Assembly (NCBI GenBank): GCA_947369165.1
Contig: CANBKJ010000004.1
Coordinates: forward strand, 4,552 to 68,551
Length of the DNA stretch: 64,000 nt
From: an uncultured Lachnoclostridium sp.
GTDB taxonomy: Bacteria > Bacillota > Clostridia > Lachnospirales > Lachnospiraceae
Reading direction: 5' to 3'
Shown here: piece after piece, positions 37,982-48,331 of the stretch
Position numbering within the stretch: the first letter of the stretch is position 1
How the letters are laid out: every line of letters begins with the position of its first letter
Notes under the pieces: generated by a model
Database searches by the model: none
What the model was told of the DNA's origin: nothing
Seen by the model: the letters and a program-made list of their open reading frames with translations, nothing else
Position numbers and translations under genes: made by a program

Positions 37982-38959
37982 ATGGGGGATGTCCTGTCGC
38001 AAAGCGAGATTGATAATCTGCTTTCTGCTCTCAATAACGGAGAATTTGATTCTGCGGAATTAGATGAGGTAGAAGAACGTCAGGTTAAGGATTACAATTT
38101 TGCGAGACCATCCAAATTCTCAAAAGATCACTTGCGAACCCTGGTGTTTATATTTGAGCATTATGCAAGGCTGTTATCTACGAATCTGCCGGTGTATCTA
38201 AGGAAAAATGTACAGGTTGAGGTGATGCATGCAGAGGCGGCCACCTATCAGGAGTTTTCTAATTCCCTGTCTAATCCGGTGTTGCTTGGAGTGGTTAATT
38301 TTATGCCTCTTGAGGGGAACATTATCATTGAGATGGCGAGTGGTCTGGGTTATACAATAGTGGATCGAATGCTTGGAGGAAGCGGGGTTCCGTTAGAAAA
38401 AGCGAGAGAATTTACAGAGATCGAGCTTACGATCATTGAGAGAATTATGGTCGTGTGTACGAATTTGCTCGTAGAACCCTGGCACAATGTCCAGGTATTA
38501 GAACCGATGTTGGAACGTATTGAGACAAACTCGCAGTTTGCTCAGTTTGTTTCTCCGAATGAGATGACATCCATTGTTACCATGAATATTCGGATTGGTG
38601 ATGTGGAAGGGCTGTTTAACATCTGTATTCCATATGCAGTGGTAGAGCCAGTGATTGAAAAGATCAATACAAAGTACTGGTATTCTACGGCAGAAGTAAG
38701 GGATGAAGATGTTTATCGTGAGATTATTGAGAACAGCCTGAATCGTGCACAGATTCCTGTTCGTGCGATTATGGGTAAAAGCGCGATTTCTGTAAATGAT
38801 TTTATGCATTTGCAGGTGGGTGATATTATAAAGGTGGACACCAAGATTGAAGATGAACTGGATGTCTATGTGGGGAACATAAAGAAATTTTCTGCATTGC
38901 CGGGTGCTTATGACGACGCGTATGCAGTAAAGATAAAAAAGGTTTACAGAGAGGAGTAA
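37982..38959 (+). CDS. fliM: Flagellar switch protein FliM
   Basis: MGDVLSQSEIDNLL; YNFARPSKFSKD; RIETNSQF. Confidence 0.96.
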   Translation: MGDVLSQSEIDNLLSALNNGEFDSAELDEVEERQVKDYNFARPSKFSKDHLRTLVFIFEHYARLLSTNLPVYLRKNVQVEVMHAEAATYQEFSNSLSNPVLLGVVNFMPLEGNIIIEMASGLGYTIVDRMLGGSGVPLEKAREFTEIELTIIERIMVVCTNLLVEPWHNVQVLEPMLERIETNSQFAQFVSPNEMTSIVTMNIRIGDVEGLFNICIPYAVVEPVIEKINTKYWYSTAEVRDEDVYREIIENSLNRAQIPVRAIMGKSAISVNDFMHLQVGDIIKVDTKIEDELDVYVGNIKKFSALPGAYDDAYAVKIKKVYREE

Positions 38960-38965
38960 AATGCA

Positions 38966-40159
38966 ATGGATGGAATGTTATCGCAGGAAGAAATCAATGC
39001 ACTGCTTGGTGGCGCGGATGCTGGACAGGATGAAAGTGCAGATGCAGTTGTAAATGATTCTTCTGTTGCAACGGTCTCCGAAGAGCGTTTATCTCCGGAA
39101 GAAGGCGATGCATTAGGCGAGATCGCCAATATTAGTATGGGGACTGCCGCTACTACGTTGTCTGTGTTGGTAAACAACCGGGTGGAGATAACTACACCGA
39201 GCCTTTCTTATGTTACAGTTCAGGATCTGAAAGAAAACAGTGAGGCGCCGTGTGTTTTTATATACATTTCCTATCAGGCGGGACTGGAAGGAAAAAATGT
39301 ACTCGTGCTGAAAGAGCATGATGTAAAGATCATTACCGATCTTATGATGGGTGGTGATGGAACGAATACGGAGAGTGAACTTTCTGAACTTCACTTGAGT
39401 GCCATCAGCGAGGCGATGAACCAGATGATGGGTTCTGCTTCAACTTCTATGTCATCTATGATCAATGAGATGGTTGATATCAGCCCGCCGACAGCCAGAC
39501 GGATTGATTTCCAGGCGACAGCACTAGATGATGTGATGGGAGATATGGAAGGTCAGTTATTCGTTCAGGTTTCGTTTAAAATGAAAATTGGAGACCTTGT
39601 GGACAGTGAGATTATGCAGCTGTATCCGTTGGATTTCGCCCGTATGATATATGAGCGTTTTAAGATGACAATGGATGGAGTGGCAGAGGAACCGGCAGAA
39701 CAGCCAGCACCTCAGCCGGCACCGGTACCACAGCCGCAACCGGCGGCTCAGCCGACACCACAGCCACAGGTTCAGCCACAGCCTGCGATGCAGCAGCCAA
39801 TGATGGGTATGCCGCAGCAGATGGGGGGCATGCCGATGTATGGAATGCCGCCACAGGATCTGAACATACAACCGGCACAATTCCAGAGCTTTATGCCGGC
39901 GCAGAATCTAGATGGTATCGCTCCAGAGAACATCGACCTGATCATGGATGTTCCTTTGGAAGTTACGGTGGAATTGGGCAGGACCAGCAAAGCCATCAAA
40001 GAGATACTGGATTTTTCGCCAGGAACTATTATTGAATTGGATAAACTGGCTGGTGAACCGATTGACGTTTTGGTCAATGGTAAGTTTGTTGCCAAAGGCG
40101 AGGTCGTGGTTATCGAAGAAAGTTTCGGTATCCGTGTGACTGAAATAATCAAAGAATAA
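38966..40159 (+). CDS. fliY: FliY (CheC-like phosphatase domain, P/Q/M-rich linker, FliN domain)
   Basis: LSQEEINALL; DALGEIAN and SAISEAMN CheC motifs; DVPLEVTVELG...GEVVVIEESFGIRV. Confidence 0.93.
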   Translation: MDGMLSQEEINALLGGADAGQDESADAVVNDSSVATVSEERLSPEEGDALGEIANISMGTAATTLSVLVNNRVEITTPSLSYVTVQDLKENSEAPCVFIYISYQAGLEGKNVLVLKEHDVKIITDLMMGGDGTNTESELSELHLSAISEAMNQMMGSASTSMSSMINEMVDISPPTARRIDFQATALDDVMGDMEGQLFVQVSFKMKIGDLVDSEIMQLYPLDFARMIYERFKMTMDGVAEEPAEQPAPQPAPVPQPQPAAQPTPQPQVQPQPAMQQPMMGMPQQMGGMPMYGMPPQDLNIQPAQFQSFMPAQNLDGIAPENIDLIMDVPLEVTVELGRTSKAIKEILDFSPGTIIELDKLAGEPIDVLVNGKFVAKGEVVVIEESFGIRVTEIIKE

Positions 40160-40178
40160 ATTACGGAGGAGATTAATA

Positions 40179-40541
40179 ATGGCAAAAAGTGTTTTGATAT
40201 GTGATGACGCAGCATTTATGAGAGTCATGATTAAAGACATTTTAACAAAGAACGGCTACGAAGTAGCTGGAGAGGCTGAGAATGGTCTGAAAGCAGTAGA
40301 GAAGTACAATGAGACCAAGCCGGATCTGGTAATGATGGATATTACCATGCCAGAGATGGATGGCATTCAGGCACTGAAAAAGATCAAGGAAGAAGATGGC
40401 GCTGCCAATGTTATTATGTGCTCCGCAATGGGTCAGCAGGCAATGGTAGTTGAGTCTATTCAGTCCGGTGCCAAAGATTTCATCGTGAAACCATTTCAGG
40501 CGGATCGTGTATTGGAAGCTGTGAAAAAGGCTATTGGCTGA
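40179..40541 (+). CDS. cheY: Chemotaxis response regulator CheY
   Basis: LICDDAAFMR; MMDITMPEMDG; FIVKPF. Confidence 0.96.
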   Translation: MAKSVLICDDAAFMRVMIKDILTKNGYEVAGEAENGLKAVEKYNETKPDLVMMDITMPEMDGIQALKKIKEEDGAANVIMCSAMGQQAMVVESIQSGAKDFIVKPFQADRVLEAVKKAIG

Positions 40542-40543
40542 TA

Positions 40544-40900
40544 ATGGGATCTAACATATTGCAGCTGCTTGCTACAGTTGTTATATTTGTGGTGGTTTTA
40601 GCAGCTACGTATTATGCCACAAAATGGATTGCCAGATCAGGAGCAATTCAGCCTCATACGAAGAATATTGAAGTGATTGAGACCTTCAAGATTGCACCGA
40701 ATAAGTATGTCCAGATTATTAAACTGGGAAGTAAATATTATTCTATCGGTGTTACCAAGGAGAATATTACATTTTTAACTTCTCTTGAGGAAGAACAGTT
40801 GGATCTTCAGGAAAAAGAGGAGATGCTGCAAAATGTATCCTTTAAAGATGTTATGGGTAAAGTGGCTTCCCGCATCAAAAGCAAAGAACATAAAAAATAA
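40544..40900 (+). CDS. fliO: Flagellar biosynthesis protein FliO/FliZ
   Basis: N-terminal TM; IEVIETFKIAPNKYVQIIKLG. Confidence 0.85.
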   Translation: MGSNILQLLATVVIFVVVLAATYYATKWIARSGAIQPHTKNIEVIETFKIAPNKYVQIIKLGSKYYSIGVTKENITFLTSLEEEQLDLQEKEEMLQNVSFKDVMGKVASRIKSKEHKK

Positions 40901-40921
40901 TAAAGAGAAAAGGTTGGTATT

Positions 40922-41776
40922 ATGAGAACACACAGGAGATTATTTTCGGTTGTATGTAAAGGGATGTCTCTGGTTTTGGCACTAGTTATATTAACCTTTT
41001 TTTCTGGTGCAGTTGTAAACGCCGCTCCCCGTGTCGATTCCAAGGCAGGTGTGGATGAGATCGGGGGAAGTGGGACAGCAGGTGTGAGTGATCCAGAAGA
41101 TCCAGATGATTTTCAATTTAATATAACCTCAAATGCGGGAAGCAGTAGTTTGTCGGCGAGCCTTCAAATGCTTCTTGTATTAACTGTGCTGGCGCTGGCA
41201 CCATCGATTCTTATTATGATGACTTCATTTACGAGAATCATCGTGGTGCTGCATTTTGTGCGTTCAGCCCTGGGAACCCAGACGACGCCGCCCAACCAGG
41301 TATTAGTTGGCTTGGCGCTGTTTCTTACAATGTTTATCATGTCACCAGTGATATCTGATGTGAACGCCAATTGCGTGCAGCCTTTTCAAAAAGGAGAATT
41401 GACACAGGAAGAAGCATTGAATGAAGGGCTGAAACCAATTCGGGAATTTATGTTTAAGCAGACCAGTCGTTCTGATATCAAGTTGTTTTTAGATATTGAG
41501 GGCAAAGATACAGAGGTAGCTTCTGAAGATGAAGTGCCGACAACGGTTCTTATGCCAGCGTTTATCATCAGTGAGTTGAGAACGGCATTTATCATCGGAT
41601 TTCTCATTTATCTGCCATTTATTGTTATAGATATGGTAGTGGCCTCTACATTGATGTCCATGGGAATGATGATGCTTCCACCGACAACGATATCGATGCC
41701 TTTCAAGATTCTCTTGTTTGTTTTGGCAGATGGGTGGAATCTTGTCATAGGACAAGTTGTTGAGACTTTTTATTAG
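40922..41776 (+). CDS. fliP: Flagellar export gate FliP
   Basis: LAPSILIMMTSFTRI; PAFIISEL; GMMMLPP; LFVLADGW. Confidence 0.96.
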   Translation: MRTHRRLFSVVCKGMSLVLALVILTFFSGAVVNAAPRVDSKAGVDEIGGSGTAGVSDPEDPDDFQFNITSNAGSSSLSASLQMLLVLTVLALAPSILIMMTSFTRIIVVLHFVRSALGTQTTPPNQVLVGLALFLTMFIMSPVISDVNANCVQPFQKGELTQEEALNEGLKPIREFMFKQTSRSDIKLFLDIEGKDTEVASEDEVPTTVLMPAFIISELRTAFIIGFLIYLPFIVIDMVVASTLMSMGMMMLPPTTISMPFKILLFVLADGWNLVIGQVVETFY

Positions 41777-41840
41777 TTCCCGATATGCCATTTGGTTGAC
41801 ATGGTAATTTGATAAACAAAAAAGGGAGGGTGACTGACAA

Positions 41841-42110
41841 ATGACAGAAGCAGATGTGATCGACATTTCAACCCAGATGATCTGGGTTATTATCAAATGT
41901 GCTGCGCCGCTTTTGCTGGTGTCTCTGATCGTAGGTCTGGTCATCAGTATTTTTCAGACTGTCACCTCGATCCAGGAGCAGACACTTACTTTTGTTCCGA
42001 AGCTGCTTGCTATTTTCATTACACTGCTTCTCACTGGAAGCTGGATTATGAATAACTGTGTGGAGTTTTTACAGCTGCTTTGTGACAATTTTTCGGTGTT
42101 TGTCAAATAA
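41841..42110 (+). CDS. fliQ: Flagellar export gate FliQ
   Basis: SIFQTVTSIQEQTLTFVPK. Confidence 0.95.
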   Translation: MTEADVIDISTQMIWVIIKCAAPLLLVSLIVGLVISIFQTVTSIQEQTLTFVPKLLAIFITLLLTGSWIMNNCVEFLQLLCDNFSVFVK

Positions 42111-42176
42111 GCATGGAATCGTGGAATACATCAATGTGCCGGCAACTGACAGGGTACAGGCGGAATGGAGGATGGA

Positions 42177-42950
42177 ATGAGTTTTTCTGTAGAACATCTG
42201 GAATTTTATCTGCTCATACTGATCCGCATTTCTTCTTTTGTTCTGGCGGCGCCTATTTTTAGTTTTCAGACGATTCCGATGAAGGTTAAGCTGGCACTAA
42301 GTATTGTGCTGTCTATCGTAGCTATTCAGGTGGTTCCAGTGGTGGAATTGGATTATACAGGAATTATAGGATATTCGGCGTTGGTTATCCAGGAATCACT
42401 GGTTGGTATAGTGTTGGGATTTATGTGTAATGCCTGTATCTATATCGTGTCTTTTGCCGGACAGCTTATGGATATTGAGATTGGTTTATCGATGGCAAAT
42501 ATGTTTGATCCGCTAACCCGTATTCAGGTTTCCGTAACAGGTAATATTTATAATTATCTGCTTATGCTCGTGATGGTGGTCACAAATATGCATCATTATG
42601 TACTTCGGGCGATTCTGGATACTTTTCGCTATTTTAATGTTGGGAAGGCGGTATTTAGTGGGAATCTGGTGGAGACGGCCGTAGATTTTATGGCGAATTA
42701 TTTCATGATCGGCTTCCGGATCGTGCTGCCGGTATTTGCCTGTATGCTGGTGATCAATGTAGTGCTGGGAGTCCTTACGAGGGCAGCACCTCAGATGAAT
42801 ATGTTTGTGGTAGGACTTCAGATGAAAGTATTGGTAGGTATACTGATTCTTCTCATTATACTTCCCTCGCTGCCGATGGTGACAAACTTTGTGTTTGACC
42901 ATATGAAGGAAGTCGTGTTACAGATTTATAATTCTTTTACACCGAAATAG
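42177..42950 (+). CDS. fliR: Flagellar export gate FliR
   Basis: FAGQLMDIEIGLSMANMFDP; RAAPQMNMF; start chosen by RBS spacing. Confidence 0.94.
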   Translation: MSFSVEHLEFYLLILIRISSFVLAAPIFSFQTIPMKVKLALSIVLSIVAIQVVPVVELDYTGIIGYSALVIQESLVGIVLGFMCNACIYIVSFAGQLMDIEIGLSMANMFDPLTRIQVSVTGNIYNYLLMLVMVVTNMHHYVLRAILDTFRYFNVGKAVFSGNLVETAVDFMANYFMIGFRIVLPVFACMLVINVVLGVLTRAAPQMNMFVVGLQMKVLVGILILLIILPSLPMVTNFVFDHMKEVVLQIYNSFTPK

Positions 42951-42987
42951 GAGCTGTTAAAAGAATCTTTTGCGGGCAGGTGAAACA

Positions 42988-44100
42988 ATGGAGAACTGTC
43001 ATATGCTGGGGTATAATCTTCAGTTTTTCGCTAAGGATGGAGAAGGCGGAGAGAAGACAGAGGAAGCAACACCGAAAAAGCTGGAGGAAGCCAGAAAAGA
43101 GGGACAGGTGGCCAAAAGCCAGGATCTGGCAGTTGCCATCCTTCTTATTATTCTGTTTACCGGTCTGAGATTTTTCGGGGGATATATGTATGACCGGTTT
43201 GTACAGGTTTTTGTAACATATTCGAATAGTATTAGTGAATATGCGTATGATTTTAATTCAGACCGGGTAATGAATCTTCTGACCTTTGGGGGAAAAGAGA
43301 TTCTTCTGATCTGTGGCCCGATTATGGCACTGGCGCTTATAGCTGCCGTAGCTGTCAATGTGGCACAGGTTAAATGGAAACCTACTGGGAAACCAATGAA
43401 ACCGAAAATATCCAAAATCAGTCCGGTATCCGGATTTAAACGGATGTTTTCCAAGGATAAATTATTTGATCTGGCGAAATCAATTGTTAAACTTGCCGTA
43501 TTATTTTATGTGGTGTATGATTCGCTCAAGGATGAATGGGGACTGGTAGTAAATATTTACAAGCTGGATCTGCTACCGGCGCTGGAGTTAATTGTTGGTA
43601 CGGTGATCAACGTAGGTTTTAAGATCAGTATTGTTTTTCTTATTCTTGCGGCAGCGGATTATTATTATCAAAAACGTAAGTTTAGAAAAGATATGAGGAT
43701 GACCAAGCAGGAAGTAAAGGATGAGTATAAAAATACAGAGGGGAATCCACAGATCAAAGGAAGGATCCGGAGCAAGATGCAGGAGGCGTCGAGACGCCGT
43801 ATGATGCAGAGTGTCCCGGAGGCGGATGTGGTCATCACAAACCCGACCCATCTGGCTGTTGCCATTAAATATGATAAAGCTCTAGGAGATGCACCGGTGG
43901 TGCTGGCAAAAGGAGCGGACTTTCTGGCAGCCAGAATAAAAGATGTGGCGAGGGACAATAAAATAGAGATTGTGGAAAATAAGCCCCTGGCAAGGATGTT
44001 GTATTATAATGTTGAAATTGGAGACCAGATACCACCAGAGCTTTATCAGATGGTGGCCGAGATACTGGCATATGTATATAGCCTGCAGGGAAAAATATAA
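42988..44100 (+). CDS. flhB: Flagellar export protein FlhB
   Basis: EKTEEATPKKLEEARKEGQV; NPTH autocleavage motif. Confidence 0.96.
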   Translation: MENCHMLGYNLQFFAKDGEGGEKTEEATPKKLEEARKEGQVAKSQDLAVAILLIILFTGLRFFGGYMYDRFVQVFVTYSNSISEYAYDFNSDRVMNLLTFGGKEILLICGPIMALALIAAVAVNVAQVKWKPTGKPMKPKISKISPVSGFKRMFSKDKLFDLAKSIVKLAVLFYVVYDSLKDEWGLVVNIYKLDLLPALELIVGTVINVGFKISIVFLILAAADYYYQKRKFRKDMRMTKQEVKDEYKNTEGNPQIKGRIRSKMQEASRRRMMQSVPEADVVITNPTHLAVAIKYDKALGDAPVVLAKGADFLAARIKDVARDNKIEIVENKPLARMLYYNVEIGDQIPPELYQMVAEILAYVYSLQGKI

Positions 44101-44121
44101 TAGTTTGGAGGTGGATCGGAT

Positions 44122-46158
44122 ATGAAAAAGGTGGATATTATATTGGGATGTTTTGTTTTGGTACCTATATTATGTCTGATCATTCCGGTTCCGCTAGTTT
44201 TACTAGATATTTTATTTACATTGAACATAGCCATATCCATGATTGTTCTTTTTAGTTCGCTGTTTGCCAAAGAACCTCTGGATATGTCAACCTTTCCTAC
44301 CCTTTTGCTTTTGACGACATTATTCCGTTTATCTCTGAATGTAAGCTCGACGAGAAACATTCTTCTGAATGGTGAGGCGGGAAATGTAGTAAGTACATTT
44401 GGTAACTTCGTGGGCGGTGGTAATCTTGTAGTCGGAGGAGTTGTGTTTATTATCCTGATTATCGTTCAGCTCATGGTGATCAATAAAGGTTCCGAGCGTG
44501 TGTCGGAAGTTACTGCGAGGTTTACGCTGGATGCTATGCCTGGTAAACAGATGGCGATCGATGCCGATCTGAATACCGGAGCGATTACTGATGAAGAAGC
44601 AAAGGAACGAAGGGAGAAAATACAGTCAGAAGCAGCATTTTTTGGATCTATGGATGGTGCTACTAAGTATGTAAAAGGAGATGCGACAGCAGGACTTCTG
44701 ATCACCGTAATCAACTTTGTCGGTGGTCTGATCCTGGGAATCGTGATGAATGGCATGGAGGCTCAGGCAGCTTTGCAGACCTATTCCATACTGACCATTG
44801 GTGACGGACTTACCAGCCAGATTCCATCTCTTATGATTTCTTTGGCAACCGGTGTCCTTGTGACGAAAGGTTCTAAGGATGCAGATGTCGGTGGCGTACT
44901 GCAAAAGCAGCTTTTGGGTACACCGAAAGTGTTGTTAATCGTTGGATGTGCCTTGATTGGGCTGGGTGTGTTTACTCCGATGAACATTCTTATTTTCAGC
45001 GGTTATGGTATCTTTTTTATCATTACCTCCAGAATGATGACGAACGAACTGGAGATGGAAGAGACGGATGCCCAGATAAGCGAAGAAGAAGAGTCTGCGG
45101 AGGAGATCCGAAGACCAGAAAACGTTACGTCACTGTTGAAAGTAGACTCCATTGAGCTGGAGTTTGGATATGGTATCATACCTCTTGCCGATGTGAACCA
45201 GGGAGGTGACCTGCTGGATCGTGTCGTAATGATTCGACGGCAGATCGCTCTGGAGCTGGGGTGCGTTGTACCGATGATTCGTCTTCGTGATAATATTCAG
45301 TTGAATCCGAATCAGTATGTGATCAAAATCAAAGGAATCCCGGTCAGCGAGGGAGAGATTTTATTCGATCACTATATGGCGATGAATCCTGGTTTTGTGG
45401 AAGAGGAATTGACGGGAATTCCGACTTTTGAGCCATCTTTCCATCTTCCAGCGATCTGGATCACAGAAGGGCAGAGAGAGCGTGCCGAGTCTCTGGGATA
45501 TACGGTGGTGGACCCGCCGTCCATCATAGCAACCCACCTGATGGAGATTATTCGTGGCAATCTTCATGAGCTTCTTACCAGACAGGATGTACAGAATCTT
45601 ATTGACAATGTGAAAGAAGCGAATGATACTCTTGTATCCGAACTGGTGCCTAAGATGCTCAGTGTGGGAGAGATTCAGAAGGTATTGCAGAATTTGTTAT
45701 TTGAGGGCATTTCCATCCGTGATCTGATTACTATTTTTGAGACGCTGGCGGATTATGCACCGACGACCCATGATACGGATATCCTCACGGAATATGTGAG
45801 GCAGAATCTGAAGCGGGCGATATCCAATAAATATTTTACCCGCAGCGAGGCCACCAGTGTAATTACGCTGGATCCGAAAGTGGAGCAGGAGATCATGAAT
45901 TCTGTGAAACAGTCCGAGCAGGGATCTTATCTTGCTTTGGATCCGGATTACTCATCTCAAATTATGGAGGCACTTAGAGAAGAGAGTACCAAGCTGGAGG
46001 AATTGGGTAAAACACCAATTATTATTACCTCTCCTATCGTGAGAATGTATTTTAAACATCTTACGATGGAGCAATTTAAGAATTTGCATGTTTTATCATA
46101 TAATGAGATTGACTCAGATGTTGAGCTTCAGTCAGTAGGGATGGTGACTACCGAATGA
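44122..46158 (+). CDS. flhA: Flagellar export protein FlhA
   Basis: RFTLDAMPGKQMAIDADL; FFGSMDGATKYVKGD. Confidence 0.97.
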   Translation: MKKVDIILGCFVLVPILCLIIPVPLVLLDILFTLNIAISMIVLFSSLFAKEPLDMSTFPTLLLLTTLFRLSLNVSSTRNILLNGEAGNVVSTFGNFVGGGNLVVGGVVFIILIIVQLMVINKGSERVSEVTARFTLDAMPGKQMAIDADLNTGAITDEEAKERREKIQSEAAFFGSMDGATKYVKGDATAGLLITVINFVGGLILGIVMNGMEAQAALQTYSILTIGDGLTSQIPSLMISLATGVLVTKGSKDADVGGVLQKQLLGTPKVLLIVGCALIGLGVFTPMNILIFSGYGIFFIITSRMMTNELEMEETDAQISEEEESAEEIRRPENVTSLLKVDSIELEFGYGIIPLADVNQGGDLLDRVVMIRRQIALELGCVVPMIRLRDNIQLNPNQYVIKIKGIPVSEGEILFDHYMAMNPGFVEEELTGIPTFEPSFHLPAIWITEGQRERAESLGYTVVDPPSIIATHLMEIIRGNLHELLTRQDVQNLIDNVKEANDTLVSELVPKMLSVGEIQKVLQNLLFEGISIRDLITIFETLADYAPTTHDTDILTEYVRQNLKRAISNKYFTRSEATSVITLDPKVEQEIMNSVKQSEQGSYLALDPDYSSQIMEALREESTKLEELGKTPIIITSPIVRMYFKHLTMEQFKNLHVLSYNEIDSDVELQSVGMVTTE

Positions 46159-47411
46159 TTATAAAAAAATTTTTAGCGGCGACAGAGACAGAGGCAATAG
46201 AAATGGCAAAAAGAGAACTGGGGAGCAATGCCATTGTGATGAATATAAAAAAAGTGCGTCCCCGTGGATTTGCTAAGTTTTTTATAAAATCCAAGGTAGA
46301 AGTGACCGCTGCATTGGATGAAAATGTCGTTTATGATACAGATAATAAAAATCCAGCTTCTGATGAGAAGAGAGATGGCGTGGCATTGGAACTGAATACT
46401 CCTAAGTTTGTACCAGATATTGTGGCAGTCGAGGGTGAGGATAAGAACGTAGCCACAATCCAGGAAAAACTGGACAGCCTCCAAAAAATGCTGGAAAAAC
46501 AAATGTCTGATAAAATGCAGGAAGAGAAGACATACTCTGTGGAAGAAGAGATGGATAGTGAACCGTCTCGAAAGGAGATACAGGCAGAGAAGAGAAATAA
46601 GGAGATCAGTAAAGCGAGGGCATGTAAAGAATTGATCCGCAAACAAATGATTCAGAATGAAGTAGAGGAATCCATTGCGGAGATGCTGATCGATGAGGTG
46701 GATCGTTCTTTACCTGAAGATGCGGCGCTGGATCAGATTTTAGCGGCGATTTATCAGAAAATTATCTTGATGACGGGTCAACCTTATGTGCTGGATAAGG
46801 AAGTAGAAGAGGGAGAGACCAAGTACGTATTTTTTCTTGGTTCTACAGGTGTAGGGAAAACGACTACTATTGCTAAAATTGCTTCTCGGATGAAATTGAA
46901 CCACAAAAAAAATATTGCCCTTGTCACAGCGGACACCTTTCGGATCGCTGCGGTGGAGCAGTTGAAAACCTATGCGAATATACTCAATGTTCCTATTAAG
47001 GTGGTTTATAGCCCGGAAGAACTGGGAGAGATGCGGGAAGAATTAGATCAATTTGATATTTGTTTTATTGATACCGCGGGATGTTCTCATAAAAACAGGG
47101 AACAGATGGAGAACATTAAGAAGCTGATAGAGCAGATTCCGATTTCCAGACGAGAGGTTTATCTGGTGTTGAATGCGGGGGCGAAGTACAACGATCTGAA
47201 GGATATCGCAGATGTATATTCTGATCTTACAGATTTTAGCCTTATTTTTACGAAATTAGACGAAACTTCGTCGGCAGGAGTCATGTTGAATATGCGGACA
47301 TACACGGACCGGCCGCTTTCCTATGTTACATGGGGACAGAATGTGCCGGATGATATCGGAAAGGTAGATGCACAGAAGATCGCAAAAAAACTGTTAGGAG
47401 GTAAGTCGTAG
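46155..47411 (+). CDS. flhF: SRP-family GTPase FlhF
   Basis: GSTGVGKTTT; DTFRIAA; DTAG; TKLDET. Confidence 0.95.
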   Translation: MIIKKFLAATETEAIEMAKRELGSNAIVMNIKKVRPRGFAKFFIKSKVEVTAALDENVVYDTDNKNPASDEKRDGVALELNTPKFVPDIVAVEGEDKNVATIQEKLDSLQKMLEKQMSDKMQEEKTYSVEEEMDSEPSRKEIQAEKRNKEISKARACKELIRKQMIQNEVEESIAEMLIDEVDRSLPEDAALDQILAAIYQKIILMTGQPYVLDKEVEEGETKYVFFLGSTGVGKTTTIAKIASRMKLNHKKNIALVTADTFRIAAVEQLKTYANILNVPIKVVYSPEELGEMREELDQFDICFIDTAGCSHKNREQMENIKKLIEQIPISRREVYLVLNAGAKYNDLKDIADVYSDLTDFSLIFTKLDETSSAGVMLNMRTYTDRPLSYVTWGQNVPDDIGKVDAQKIAKKLLGGKS

Positions 47412-48298
47412 TGGATCAGGCAGAACGGTTGAGAAACATTATCAAAAAACAAGACTTTAAGGCTGACCATGAGCGGGTTGCCAAGGTAATCACTGTCACA
47501 AGTGGCAAAGGCGGTGTGGGAAAGACCAGCCTTTCTGTGAATCTGGCGATCCAGCTTGGTCGTTTGGGGAAGCGGGTTGTTGTTTTTGATGCTGATTTTG
47601 GCCTTGCCAATATTGAGATCATGTTGGGGATACGTCCCAAGTATAATCTGGCAGATTTGATGTATCGGGGAAAAAGCATCGAGGATATTATTACATATGG
47701 CCCGGAAAATATTGGGTTTATATCGGGAGGCTCTGGTATCAATGAGCTGGCAAATCTAACAAGGGATCAGGTATTTTCGATGGTCCATCGTCTGGGAGAT
47801 CTGGATCGGATTGCCGATGTGATCATTGTTGATACCGGGGCTGGAATCAGTGATACAGTACTTGAATTTGTGGCAGCCAGTGAAGAAGTGCTGTTGGTGG
47901 CAACACCAGAACCCACATCTATTACTGATGCCTATGCACTTCTGAAGACATTGAATAAGAAAGCTTCTTACCGCCCGGAAAAAACCGTGGTGAAAATGGT
48001 GGCAAACCAGGTACGGGGAGAGAGTGAAGCAGCAGAACTTTTTGAAAAGCTTGGAGTAGTGGTGGGAAAATTTCTGGATATAAAAGTAGAATTTCTTGGA
48101 TCCGTACCATACAATAGGAATATGCAGCGTGCTATCATGCGTCAGGCACCGGTGTCTATCAGTGATCCGGAGTCCGATTCGGCGAGGGCAGTGAAAAATA
48201 TTGCCCGCTGCCTGGAAGATGTAATGACGAAAAAGGCAGATAAAGGTGGTATTGTTAAACTGTTCTCTAGTGTGATACGTATGCGGTTTATGAAGTGA
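47411..48298 (+). CDS. flhG: MinD-like ATPase FlhG/YlxH
   Basis: TSGKGGVGKT; DADFGLANI; EPTSITDAY; GTG start. Confidence 0.93.
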   Translation: MDQAERLRNIIKKQDFKADHERVAKVITVTSGKGGVGKTSLSVNLAIQLGRLGKRVVVFDADFGLANIEIMLGIRPKYNLADLMYRGKSIEDIITYGPENIGFISGGSGINELANLTRDQVFSMVHRLGDLDRIADVIIVDTGAGISDTVLEFVAASEEVLLVATPEPTSITDAYALLKTLNKKASYRPEKTVVKMVANQVRGESEAAELFEKLGVVVGKFLDIKVEFLGSVPYNRNMQRAIMRQAPVSISDPESDSARAVKNIARCLEDVMTKKADKGGIVKLFSSVIRMRFMK

Positions 48299-48331
48299 CG
48301 TTAAGAAGTCTATTTAGGATGGAGATAATTT

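Noticed and set aside
39685-39860. P/Q/M-rich repeats in FliY
   Set aside because: Ordinary low-complexity linker between the CheC-like and FliN domains
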